A DNA stretch of 64,000 nucleotides from positions 896,001 through 960,000 of the forward strand of contig CBDBZY010000064.1 in assembly GCA_965213685.1 (NCBI GenBank), given 5' to 3'. The notes below the pieces were generated by a model, which saw only the letters and a list, made by a program, of their open reading frames with translations, was not told where the DNA came from and ran no database searches. The stretch's first letter is position 1, and the number at the start of each line of letters is the position of its first letter. Of this stretch, positions 16,693 through 35,469 are shown piece by piece. Origin of the DNA: a bacterium (GTDB lineage: Bacteria; UBA8248). The translations under genes and the position numbers were made by a program.

Positions 16693-19600
16693 CTAGTCTT
16701 CCACTCGGAGAGGGATCTCAATATTGTCCCACGATTGTGTCAAAAGTGGACTAACTGTACCTGAGCCTTTACTGTGCTCTGTGGGGAGAGAAGGGGGGAT
16801 GAAGTGGGAAGAGTGAAAGAGTGTTGTGGAGGTGGGATAGGGAGGTACACATAGACAGGCAGGGAGGAAGGTGGATTGCAAGTAAACATGCAGTCCTAAG
16901 TGTGTGCAATGCACACTAACCCTTGGTCTCCACTCTCAGACTGGACTGATTTGACTCCCCGGGGTTACTGATTCCTGACACACCCACGTCATTCTTAAGG
17001 TTAGAGGTCCCAAGTCCAGACTCCATTCCCACATTAGTATGGTCTCCAGACACTCCAGCAGCAGTCTGCCCTGCCACCGCTGGCTCAGCTCCCTCTCCAT
17101 TGACCTGAGGGGCAGCCTGGCTGCTGTCCGCAGTCCCACCATCTCTGACCGTTTCGGTGGTGGAGCTAGATGGCTGGGAGATTGGTGCAGGTGGAGAGGT
17201 CTTGCCATCGTTCCCAGTAGCAGCAGTGGTGTTGGGTGGAGGTGGAGGGGGTCTCTTTGGTGGAGCTAGGGAGACAGAGTGACCTTCACTATAATAATAA
17301 TAATAATTTCATATACTACAATACAGCAGTTTTTTCATGGGGGACAAATTTTCACGTTTTTTTGCAGTCAAGCAGCATCTGCGAAAATTTAACCCATGAA
17401 TAATTAGAACCCGTCCTAGAACCCACATGTACGTGTTGCCTGAAGTCCATCACAGAAGATAGTTCTTTGCACGGCACTCATCCACAATTGTCGATCAGTG
17501 TCCAAACAGAGCATGGGCATGCAAGTGCCAGCCCTACATTATATACATACGTACGTTCTGTACGTACATATACACATGCATAAAGCTAAGTCCAATTTTG
17601 CGGCACATGTTGCTGAGCGAAAATTAAACCCGCGAATAATTCCTAAAGCCAGTGGTCTTCACAAAAATTTAACGCCGTGAAAACCCCGCTATATTACGGT
17701 ATTAGGTATTTAGGCGTGTAGTGCAAGCCCAGCATCTTTCACACATGTTAGATAGGATAACCTACATGTACATGTATGGGAACCATTAATATTGGCTATT
17801 CTACAATTTATACATGTACCTATTCAACGAACTGACTTGCCCAAATATGCCTCACTACCTCACAAATGTGCAGAAAGGCCACAACACATGCACACATACA
17901 CATACATGTACATTGCATCTGCTACACTTCAGAGACCAAATATACAAAGAGTGCATGAGGTAAAGGAGCTCTCACCTAGTTTAGATTTAGAGCCAGCACG
18001 AGGCCGGTTTGACTCAGATGAGGAAGAACCTTGTTTAGTATCCTTACTGACTGGGAGGAGAGAGGCAGGGAGATAGGCAACCACACAGAAGTACACTGTA
18101 TGCACATGCATAAAGATGGCAAGTTCACATGTGCATGTACTTTGGCTTTTAAATACCAAGTGCATGCACACACACAAACACCTGAAACAAACACAATACC
18201 TAGAACTCAGAATATGGTGTATACAATTACATGTACATGTACATGCACATGTGGGTGTGACTGTCTTACCAGAGTTAGAGTTACTTGCTACTGGTAACTG
18301 TGAAGGTGTGGAGTGGGAGGTGGGAGGAGACTCAGATGTGGGAGGAGGTGACAGTGAGGAGAGGGAAGAAGCAGGTTCTGGGGATACTTCTGAGGGGGGC
18401 TGCCCTTGAGACAACTCTGTGGGTTGGGAGGGGGGAATGATCAACATGTACATGTACCACATACACAACATACATGTATATGTATGCCCTATGTATGCAT
18501 GAGGAAAGGCTGGGGAATATTTTTAGAGAACCATGAATAACCAGTAGCCACCCGGGATTGAACCGGGGCCTCTGACTTTAGCTGTCAGTGCTCTACCACC
18601 TGAGCTAAGGCCACCGGGTGACAGCCAGCCTTCACAATTCTCATGCACAGCCAGCCTTCACACTCCGCATGTGCCATTAGAATCCCGCTGCCTGGATCTG
18701 CAGCACATATGCATGTACACATACGTGAATAGATGTACACTCAAGAGCACATAAGAGAGACGACCATTTAACTCCCTGTACCGATGCACCTGTGGGGTTG
18801 GTGATACATGTGCCTCAAAGTGTATAAAAAGGGAATTTCAACCTGCAAGAAGTGGTATCCATGGAGAATAATAAATTTAAATTAGTACTAATAACTACAT
18901 GGACTTAAAGGCAACATTCCCACCCATTTCTCAACCAGGTGATCCACAACAGGAGCTTCAAGGGCCACCAGAGTGACTTCAGTGCCTGTAGCCACATGCC
19001 TACTTATCTCAGGCCATTAAGACTAGTCCAGAATCAACATCAGTAAGAGTACATACATGTACCTCTGTGTGTGTGACATGCATAAGCTCTTGCTACATGT
19101 AGTATCATATCTTATGCTCTGCAACAAGAGTCAAGGAGACAGTGAATGGTTGTCACCGTGAACATACATGTGGCTTCACACAATTCAATGGTGAAAGTTC
19201 TCCTCAAGTCCAAAACAATGAGGGGAAAGTGTCAACCTCAGCAGCAGTGAGAACACACACAATGCACCCACTCACTGAAAGTGAAATCCGGTCTGGGATG
19301 AGCCTGAGTGAGCCTGTACTAAAGCCATGCAGTGGTCTGCATGGAGTATATGTGACAGGTACACGACACTGTACATGTACAGGAGGGGTAAGCCTCAGAG
19401 GGGACAGTTGTTTGCCTGAGAGGCAGTTGGTTGAAAGGCACATGTAGTCGGCTGAGATGACAGGGGATCAGATCGTCCAGAGTGCAAGGGAAAGGTGAGC
19501 AGTATTGCACGTACGTGAGAGGGGCACCTTTTCAGGAAAAAGCTAAAAACAGCAACTATATTTAGATTCCAGGTGAGAGTACAGAGACGCGTTTCACCAC

Positions 19601-22600
19601 AAATATTTTCCTTCTCCCTGGTTAGGTACACAACAATGCCCAGCATCGCTCTAGTATACTTGAGAGGTTAGTTTGTCTAAATGCAGGGGAAGCTGGGTCC
19701 ACCTGTCCATTCTGAGCTTGGGGATGGTACCCTATACTACTGCTGTGGCCCTCATGTGGGAGTAGAGCAGCCCCAAGGGCCATTAACCAAACACTTTGTT
19801 TGGGTGGACAAGATCAACTTGTAGGCAGTTCTAAGAATGGCACAGAGTTTTGTGGTCAAATATGTACATAGACTAAAGTGATGTACATGTACATGTACAT
19901 GGGGTCAGTGGGATGCACAGCTGAGCAAGGGGAAGGCTTGTACTTACATGTGGTGTACAAGTAGAAAAGTGTACATGTAGGTACACGTAGATATAGGTAA
20001 TGAGAGCTGATGAGAGGAAAAGCAGGAGCAGGGCCACATGACTCAAAAAGATCTCACTTCACGGACTCCGGAATAGTATACCCAACCAGCACTATTAGTA
20101 GGATATACACACAATACCCGACAGCTGTTCAAATACCTTAGGGCAGTTCCAGTGCAGATACTCTGCCAGTTCAGCTGATAACCACATGCATTGCTGGGGC
20201 ACAAGAGGCCAGCACCACACAGCAGACAAAGAGGTGTGAAATCAAGACAATGTTATGTTATGTTATGTTGGCATGCACTTCACTCCGGACAATTAGCAGA
20301 CACATAGCAAGGATGAAAGAATAATCATCAGGCATTCTAAAGGAGGAAGGGGCAAGGCTATGCATGTGTTAGTTGTGGGACCTCCCCTTGCGGACTGGCC
20401 ATATGGCTAAACAGTCAGGTACAGATCATCAGAAGCAAGTACATTGTACTATACAACCCTTAGTAGCCACAAAGAGAGCAAGAGAGCTACACCTGTCATA
20501 GTATACCCTACAATAGCTACACAGCTTTCCAGGGAATGTGGTGGATAATGAACATCAAGCCCAAACACTTATTCTGTCCAACTGCAACAACATCTCTGAA
20601 TTTGAACAATACACGTGCAAACATGGTGCCAGTGGTATCGCCCTCCTTCCTCCTAGGCAAGCAATCAAGGAACTGGTGCCCAACTAGGATAGGGCTTGGT
20701 CCCCTCCTCATTCCTCTGTAGCACGGCCAGCCCTACCTTAACCGATTTCAGAAGAGACTAGCTCCGCCTCATCACAAAGTGATGGGAAGCAACAGCATGG
20801 ACCACCAGTTCAGTTGCTGCTACCTATCCACTTTTGACCAGATGACAATACTAATAACAAATGTACACGCCCGACTCCTTGCCAGCTTGTTCCAGCACTC
20901 CAACATCCAATCTACAACTGGCCATTCATGGGTGCCCAATGCACATACTCATGAAGTACTATCCATAGAGCCAGCGAATAGACTGAGCAGGTTTGCCTTG
21001 GTCACTGAAACAGGGTGAAGCAGCACCAGTTGTACACATGTAGTACTCATATGTGTAGCCACAGAGAATGCAGCACAGGTGTGGCACATGCACAAACCAC
21101 TTGTATGGCTCTACATCCACTTGTAACAGACAGAAAGGTTGATCTGCTAACTCCATGCAGACTGAAATTCTATTGGCCTCACCACTAGGCAGCCAGTATC
21201 ACAGAAGAGTGTCTGAAGGAGGATTCAACCAGGCTTCCCAGACTAGGGAGGAGCACCAGCCCTCACTGTGGCCTAGAGCACTGTCTGGGTTATTAATTAT
21301 CTTGTAGCAGAACAGGCCAGTGGCCCATCCCCTACTGTTGGGTGAGGGTCTGAAAGACTGGCCACCTGAAGTGGCAGCAGCTGCCATCAGATGCCCCTCC
21401 TAGCAGGGCTGTAGCTAGCACAGCAGTCACTATGTACTGCACTAGGGACCATGTGCACACTACAGCATAGTCCCACTAATGATGAGCAGGGCAGGTTTGG
21501 CTGACTACTACGCAGACCCAACCCAATAGGAATGTGTGTGCTACAACATCAACCAGCAGACACATGTCAACCACATAAAGTGGGAGCTAACTATCACTGA
21601 GTAGCAGGATCACCAATCCACGTACACAGAGAAAATGGGATGTACACATACAGCTGTACATGTACAGGTACAAATATTTGGTGGATAGAACACAAGTTTG
21701 AGTCTGTTCAACAACTGCACGTTAGTAGTGTGATATCGATCAGGACAGGCTGTACATAGTGACCCTTACATCCACTCGGGTGCCACACCCTTACGCACAT
21801 AGGGGAGGAGGATACCAATCTATTACAGTCTCACCTTTCGTGGCTGGAGGCTGAACAGGTCCATCTGGCAGATCTGCACGGAGAAAAGTACATGTACTTT
21901 TGAGGGCCACATGACTAGTCAGTCACAACTACTAGAGCTAACTACTGGCTTCAGATCACTGGAATGGAGTTGAGTCCTAAACTAACCAGCTACCTACATG
22001 ATCTCAACAAATGGGACAAACATGTACATGGTACTAGCGCCTTATTCAAACATTAGGTTGTGTGTTGCTACCATATGTGACTCAGTAGGAACCAGGTATG
22101 CTGACTAGCTGCTAGAGTGTGTAGCACAAAGGACATGTATGTACATACGCATGCCACAATACACAGGTAATCACAGCTACATGTGTGGAGCATTGTCTTA
22201 CTAGGAAGCATTGTAGTGCAGGCTGGACTGGCAGATGTGGAGTACTACTATACTTCTACCACTGTGGAGTCACTAGCCACATTGGACAACATCAATAGCA
22301 TGCTCTTTACACGTGTAGTGCTTCCATCCTGACAAGGTTTTCAGAAAGACTTATATTGTTTGTGGATGTGAGAGCTGCCCCCTGATACTGCTGGAAACAC
22401 CTGCCTACTGCTCCATAGTAGATGTAATTGGATATGAAACTTCTTACACAAACACTAGAAGATACACTTCTACCAGTGACAGATGTTCACATTACATGAT
22501 GCACATGTGCTGGTAGCAGCAGTCGCTCTGAAAATGAAGCATAAGATGAAGATGAGCACTACCATAAGCTACCAAGCTGTGTGACTATGAAGAACTAAGG

Positions 22601-23901
22601 CCAGCCATCTGTGCTGCATGTGCACGACGTGTAATGTCCATACTCCTGGAGCTGATGAGGCCTGCTATTGGCCAAAACACGTCCTGTGCATTGGGTGACT
22701 GTTTAACATAAAAGCCTGAGGGCCATTTGTGGCCTAGGGAGTTGTGGTTGTCAATTTATTTACTTTTCGTGAATCACATAGAGAAGGGGATCATGGTTAC
22801 CAGTCTCTGTAGCTGTGTTGGTGGTGCGAGAGGAGCCAGGGAGAGGAGGGGGCGGTGGAGGGATGGGCCGAGATGGAGGAGGAGGCCGTGCTGGGAGAAC
22901 TGAAGCAGTAGCAAGGTGAGAACAAAGAAACATACAATTCCACACATGTACAGTGCAGCAGTGCAGGCATAGCTTGTACCAAAAATTGAAAGATCACAAG
23001 CAAACATGAATTCACCTGAACACACATGTACAGCGTGTAGGGGAACAAATGCTTCACTCAGCAGGGGGCAAGACAACAGAGACACTACACCACTATTCCA
23101 ACTCTAGACCCATCACTGCTCGTGTACTGGTACTTGCATATGCATATGTATACCCACAATGCATGACCACAAAGTATGGATTGTAAGTGTCAATAGACTT
23201 AACTCTCCACTCTTTCACAACCCTGTATAGGTGAGGAATGAACACGGCCACTGGGCTATTATGTGCCCATAGACCACTAATGTGGTTTTGGCTACACTGC
23301 AGCTGTGTTTGCAGGCCATACATCCACTGGAGATGGTTCACAGCCCCATTGTCAGCATGGTGATTAGTGTCTTACACATGTATTAACACGCACACAATCA
23401 TCATAAGTGATTTCTACATGATCCAGATATCTGCCCATATGTCCATCCCTCCCCCTCCCCCCCACTCCATCCTGCCTGCCACTGCCCTCCTCCCCCCTTC
23501 CCTCGCTACTCACTGTTCTTCCTATCGTTCTTCTGGCTGGGGTATGTTCTTGCCCTATCCCTCCACTCATCGGGAGGAGGAAGGTCGGCACTGAAAGTGA
23601 ATCGGCTCAGGAAATCCACATCATCTGTGAAACAGAAGACTGCACATATCATCTCTGCACCTGGCTATCTCTTCAAGGAAAACAGTCAGTTTTATGAACA
23701 CAAATATATCCTACAAGCAGTGACTGAGATAGAGGAGAAGCAGTGGAATGAGAATACCCACTGCAAGTGTAGCTGCACTGCCTTTGGCACACGGTCAAGT
23801 TTATGCATATCGTCCTTTCCCAACGATGTAGCTGACTAGCGATACTCACCGAGCTCAGCTTGAGCCATCTCAGGATCATGATCTTGCTCGTCTGTTGCCA
23901 T
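16693..23901 (-). CDS. Proline-rich protein with N-terminal WIP/verprolin-type WASP-binding motif, 8 exons, about 317 aa
   Basis: Exons 23901-23850, 23624-23514, 22899-22801, 21873-21835, 18416-18270, 18050-17976, 17265-16921, 16778-16693; all introns GT-AG phase 1, internal exons multiples of 3. Exon 2 reads DDVDFLSRFTFSADLPPPDEWRDRARTYPSQK, followed by polyproline tracts. Extra small exons may be missed. Confidence 0.72.
17322..17701. mobile_element. Degenerate Tc1/mariner-like MITE
   Basis: TACAG...TACGGTA ends with repeated internal CGAAAATT(T/A)AACC motifs typical of TA-targeting MITEs. Confidence 0.45.
18500..18645 (-). mobile_element. tRNA-derived SINE-like repeat, family A copy 1
   Basis: Minus strand has A box TAGCTCAGGTGG and B box GGTTCAATCC; flanks shared with the copy at 25050-25191. 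Confidence 0.75.
22525..22700 (+). repeat. Dispersed repeat ending in a minimal type I hammerhead ribozyme relic (core 22652-22689)
   Basis: CTGATGA-GGCC-tgctatt-GGCC-aAAAC-ac-GTC-ctgtgc; homologous to 43785-43975. Confidence 0.75.
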
Positions 23902-24205
23902 TTTCCAGTTGTGCGGATACGTCGCTCAGAACAGGATGCACCAGGCAGCAATGCGCTTACTCCCACCTGCTCCACGTGACCACAGAGAGCCCACGTAGCT
24001 AGCTAGCTACGTACGAGTACGTATGTACGACTGTGTATGCGCAGCAAAAAATCGTGGTTTCGCACGCACCATGTGCAACGTAGCTGCGGCAGTTGTAGGT
24101 CCCGTTCCCGGTCCGCCTGGGCGTGGGAGCCAGGGTGGTACCGCATGCGATTAAACTAAGCTCCACCCCGTACCCCGCCCATCCGAAGTCTAGCAGCGCT
24201 GCGAG
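23902..24205. promoter_or_regulatory. Bidirectional CpG-rich promoter between the proline-rich gene and EIF2D
   Basis: Divergent ATGs at 23901 (-) and 24206 (+); CpG-rich, with GC boxes and CGCATGCG. Confidence 0.7.
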
Positions 24206-30949
<6,744 letters not shown>

Positions 30950-32165
30950 ACTCTTTAAAGTAGCCTTAATTATTTGAAATGCACTTGGTGTATTTGTGTG
31001 TGTTCATTTGCTTAATATATGTACTTACATAACAGTTAGTGCATAACTGCAGAGTATGGCACATAACTGCATTTTCGGTTTGGACAAGAAGGGAGAACTC
31101 TGGGAACATAAGTGGAAATGGGGCATGGAGATGATCTGTTTACATTAACAACATCTACAAAGGTCTCACAGACCCAAGACTTGTAGCTGTGTACGTTGTT
31201 GTATGCAGTGTTTGCAGCAATGTAGTCCACAGGGATGACTTGCAATTGCCAAGACTAGATATGTCGCAGGTTGTTGGGAAGAACATCATTTCCAGCTTCT
31301 CTGTCACCTGGCTGGGCCTTCTGCCTTAGTGCATTGTCACAGGGTAAGATAGATCACCCTCTGTCTAGAACATCCTGGGCAGTTGTTGTGAATAGGGGAA
31401 TGAAGTGAGTTGGTGGACTCCACTGTGGTGGCAGTGGAGATGTTTCCAATTTCTTCTGTTTGTTAATTTTGTAGCTGACGTGTACAATGATAACAGTACA
31501 CTTTACCAGATGTTTGTCTTCAAGCACTTCCACATAGATCCAAAAATACGCGGGCATGATCAAGCGTTGGAGAAGAGACTTGGCTGTCCGCAAGTTAGCA
31601 AGGCCGCCTCACTGCAGGTACGGTACGTGCGTTGCCATAGATATTCGGAGAGGTCAGAGTGCGGGTCCCTAATATCTTTTATAGCCTCTCTTCATGCCAT
31701 TCTTAAATACTCCAATCAATTTCATCCGTCTTCAAGTTCATTTGCTAGAAAGAAAAATTCGTGACTCACTACATGTACGTATATGTGGCTACTCACGTGA
31801 CGCGACTACAGCGCGCGCTAGCTAACGCCTAGCGGCATGCGCTCGCGAACGCTATGCATGCATACATACAGTTAGCGAGCGGCAGCGTGACAAAGCATAT
31901 CGCGCATGGCGATACAGCAAATCACCATTAAGTTCCTTTCTTTAATGTATTCTAGTGCTGTATATGTCGGTTAACGGAAGGTTAACCGAGGTTAACATAC
32001 CGGTGCCGTGGAGCATGCGCCTTCCGCTGGGATGGCCTGGCCGGTCACGCATGCATATGCCTATAGCGGAACACGTGGCTGTTAGTTGCCAGCATTTGTG
32101 GCTGCCTATTGCCTGCAGTTGTGGCTGTCTGCCCGGATTATTTTTCTTCTTGCCGAATATCCTTT

Positions 32166-34363
32166 ATGGTCGACACTGAGGAGCGTGGTACCGGGACCCC
32201 AACCGGCGGCGAGGTGGAAGGAGTACCCGGGACGTCAGGCGGAGTGCTGGGGATGACGCTGTCGCCGGAGCAACTGGCGCTGATCGACGGCATGATCGCC
32301 GCCCGCCTCGCTGCCGCGACGGGCCATACCACTGCTCCCGACCCAGCCACCTCCGGGGCAGGAGGAGCGACATCAGCTGCGACCCCTTTTTTTTATAGTG
32401 ACAAATTTGTGCCAGTGTGGCACAGCCTACAGGAAATATAGGTACAAGAGCTAATACTAATCCTGAGGCCAAAAAGAAATAGAACAAAAAAAACATACAC
32501 AAAGAAAAAGGAAATGTAAAGCAACAACGGAAAGAAATAAGAGGAAAGAAAGGACACAATAATTACTGACTACAGCTGCATTATGAGTCTTTTGAACATT
32601 GCTGGGGATGATAGTTCTGTTGTGTCAAAAGGGAGGTCATTCCAGCAGGTGATGGCAGAAGGAAAAAAAGAGTGCTTGAAAGAGTTTGTGTGGTACAGAG
32701 GGAGAGTGAGCTGATGTTGATTTGCATGTCTGATGGCATATGGAATATTCCTGGGTTGCAATGGAGACGATGGTAGCAAAATATTACCCTTAACCATATT
32801 AAATAATGTGAGCAGTTTCATCTTCTTTCTGACATTGAAACAGCATGAAAAGTGGTCAGAAAGAGACTCATAGTTAGCTCTCCATTGCTTTGACCACACC
32901 CTTAAAGCAAACTGGTGAACATTCTTGATGGCTGTTTTGTCTTTGAGCAGGTGGGGACCCCAAACCACACAACCATATTCTAAGTGGGGCATAATCACAG
33001 TTTTGAACAGAACATGTAGAGTATGTACATTACAGTACGCATAGAAGTTTCGAAACAATTTCAGTCAGTTTGCTGGATTTGTTGCACTGTATTTGAATAT
33101 AATGGTTCCATGATAGATCCTCAGAAAAATTTAATCCGAGATATTTATAATGGGAAACTCTTGTAAGTGGTTGGCACTCTCCAGTATATATGTTAGTTGT
33201 AGGAACAGTTGGATGTGACTTCCTGGAGAACAACATGTAACAACTCTTCTGAGAATTCAGAGTGAGGTGATTGTTGGTAACCCAGGTACGATACCTGGTA
33301 AGTTATCATTCGCAGTTACGCTGTAGGCAGCCAGTAATGGCCCGATTGTTTTGTCTCGTTCGCTGTGTTTTTGTCTCGGCTGGCGCCGGGTCCCGGTCTC
33401 CGGGTCCCACCACCAACCGACTGATGGGGTCGTTCATACCCAGTTCTTTGTCTTTGCTTTTCAGGCTCGCTGCCGGTGTTCTCATCAGCGACTCTGCCGT
33501 CCACTGACGGTGGAACGGCTGTGGGGTCTTCTGGCCCCGCCCTCGTGTGGCCGACGGCTGTCTCTTCTGTCCCGAGTGGACCGGCCCCCTCAACAGCCGA
33601 TTTGGCACGCTTGCCGGGGTTCGGCTCTGTTCCCCCGAAGCTCGTGAAGAGAATTGTGGAGGAGTTTGTCGATATCTGGGAGCTCCTCCCTGAGTCATGG
33701 CAGCTAGAGTCCGAAGGCACCTGCTGCCACTCGAAGCGGCTGCGCCGCAGCCTGGTCACGGACATCGGTCTGTGGACCCAATGTTACGCCACGATGGCCG
33801 CGATTCTCTCATCCGCCTATCCCGAGAAGGCCCCCCATCTCTTCGCCTACCTGCGAACGGTCACAAAGGCAAGTCGCACGTTCGAAGGGTCAGCGTGGGC
33901 CTCCTATGATGTAGCCTACCGCCTGCAGGCAGCGAATCGTGGCTCCCTCGACTGGGGTGTTGTCGACCCCGCCTTGTACAATGAGGCCTTCGCTGGCCGG
34001 GCTAAGGTGGTGCCTCGATGTCGGTACTGCCTGGCCGACACACATGGCTCCCAGGAGTGTCTTCACTCGCCACTGGACGGGCCTGGTGGGAGCGTTACCC
34101 CGGTCGATGGCCGTGCTCCGCGCCCACAGCGCACCCGGCCGGGAGTTGCCGGGAAGATCATCTACGTCGGCCGCAATGCCGATACGCCCACCTCTTCTCT
34201 AAGTGCCGACGCCCACACCCACAGGCCGAGTGTGAAGAAGGGCACAGGCAGCAGCTTCCCACCATGCCTCCGGCTTCTCCCCAGTCCGTCCCCCGGGGGC
34301 CCTCGGGAGTTCCTAACCAGACGGCCTAGTCTTCTCCCATTCCGGAGAGACTGCCATGGATGA
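32166..34363 (+). pseudogene. gag-like ORF1 of the YR retrotransposon (leader exon 32166-32386 plus 33296-33297, intron 33298-33464, exon from 33465)
   Basis: FVDIWELLPE...LWTQCYATMAAIL...WASYDVAYRLQAA...DWGVVDPALY...CRYCLADTH gag-like motifs; leader exon interrupted by a LINE; probable frameshift near the 3' end. Confidence 0.75.
32387..33295 (-). mobile_element. 5'-truncated CR1/L2-type LINE inserted in the gag leader exon
   Basis: Poly(A) tail seen as T run at 32387; RT C-terminal motifs HYKYLGLNFSEDLSWNHYI, PHLEYGCVVWGPHL, SFFPSAITCWNDLP; AT-rich relative to the host element. Confidence 0.88.
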
Positions 34364-34454
34364 CTGCGAGGCCCCCAGAGCCGGAATTATTGTGTTCATT
34401 GTTACCTTGCTATTCTGCTTGTGTTATCAGCTATTGCATCTTGCTCTCCCACAG

Positions 34455-35465
34455 GCGCGTACGCATATACGGGGGACCTAGTAGCATTGAATGGGGAGGG
34501 TCCGGATAACCCCTCGCCGAGCGACCCCGCCCTGCAGCTAATATCATCACCTCTCACTAGTCGACTGCAGCAGTGGCGGGAGAGGCTCTCCCCTCACCCG
34601 GATCAAGTGTTCGTTAACTATGTGCTGGGGGGGCTCGAGCATGGTTTCCGCATTGGCTACCGGGGTGGTATCCGGCTGACCGCGGCAGCGGGTAACCTGC
34701 ATTCAGCGAGGATGCATCCGGAGGTGATTGACAACTATATCTCCGCAAAAGTCAAAGGGGGCAGAATGCTAGGTCCGTTTCGCCCAGGTGCGATCTCGCG
34801 TCTCCACTTGAGTCGCATGGGCGTGATCCCCAAGAGCCACACCCCTGGCCGTTGGCGGCTGATTACTGATCTGTCCCACCCCGAGGAGTAATCAGCCGCC
34901 AACGTTAATGACGGAATCCGACCAGAGCTGTGCTCCCTCAAGTACACCTCCGTCGAGGCTGTCGCGGCGATTGCCTCCCGACTCGGCAGGGGGGCTCTGT
35001 TGGCCAAGCTGGATATAAAGTCGGCCTACCGTCTGATTCCTGTACACCCATGCGACCGGCACCTCCTCGGCATAGAGTGGAGGGGCGCCCACTACGTCGA
35101 CCCGTTCGGCCTTCGTTCGGCCCCTAAAGTATTTACTGCCGTGGCAGACGCTCTACACTGGGCCATTGTACGTGAAGGGGTGCCGATAGTTGACCACTAC
35201 CTCGACGATTTTATTACGCTGGGCCCACCAGACTCTGCGGAATGCCAGTAAAACCTCGACAGAATACTGTCTGTTTGCGCCGACCTGGGTGTTCCCCTAG
35301 CGTTGGCAAAGCTCGAGGGCCCGTCACACCGTCTGACATTTCTTGGCATCGAGCTGGATACGATGGAGGGCGTACTGCGCCTCCCCCAGGATAAGCTGTG
35401 CCGCCTGAGAGGTCTCCTGGCCCAGTGGTTGCAACGTAGAGTGTGCCGCCGTCGTCAGCTCTTCT
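34455..35465 (+). pseudogene. Reverse transcriptase of the YR retrotransposon
   Basis: GLEHGFRIGY, GVIPKSHTPGRWRLITDLSHP, YLDDF; stops at 34889 and 35249 plus a frameshift. Confidence 0.9.
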
Positions 35466-35469
35466 TCGC

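Noticed and set aside
20500-21600. Possible very old YR-retrotransposon remnant in an intron
   Set aside because: Only faint GHS-like traces; not supportable without alignment.
31040-31760. Possible minus-strand gene or RING-like relic after EIF2D
   Set aside because: All frames are interrupted and no consistent splice model or domain was found.
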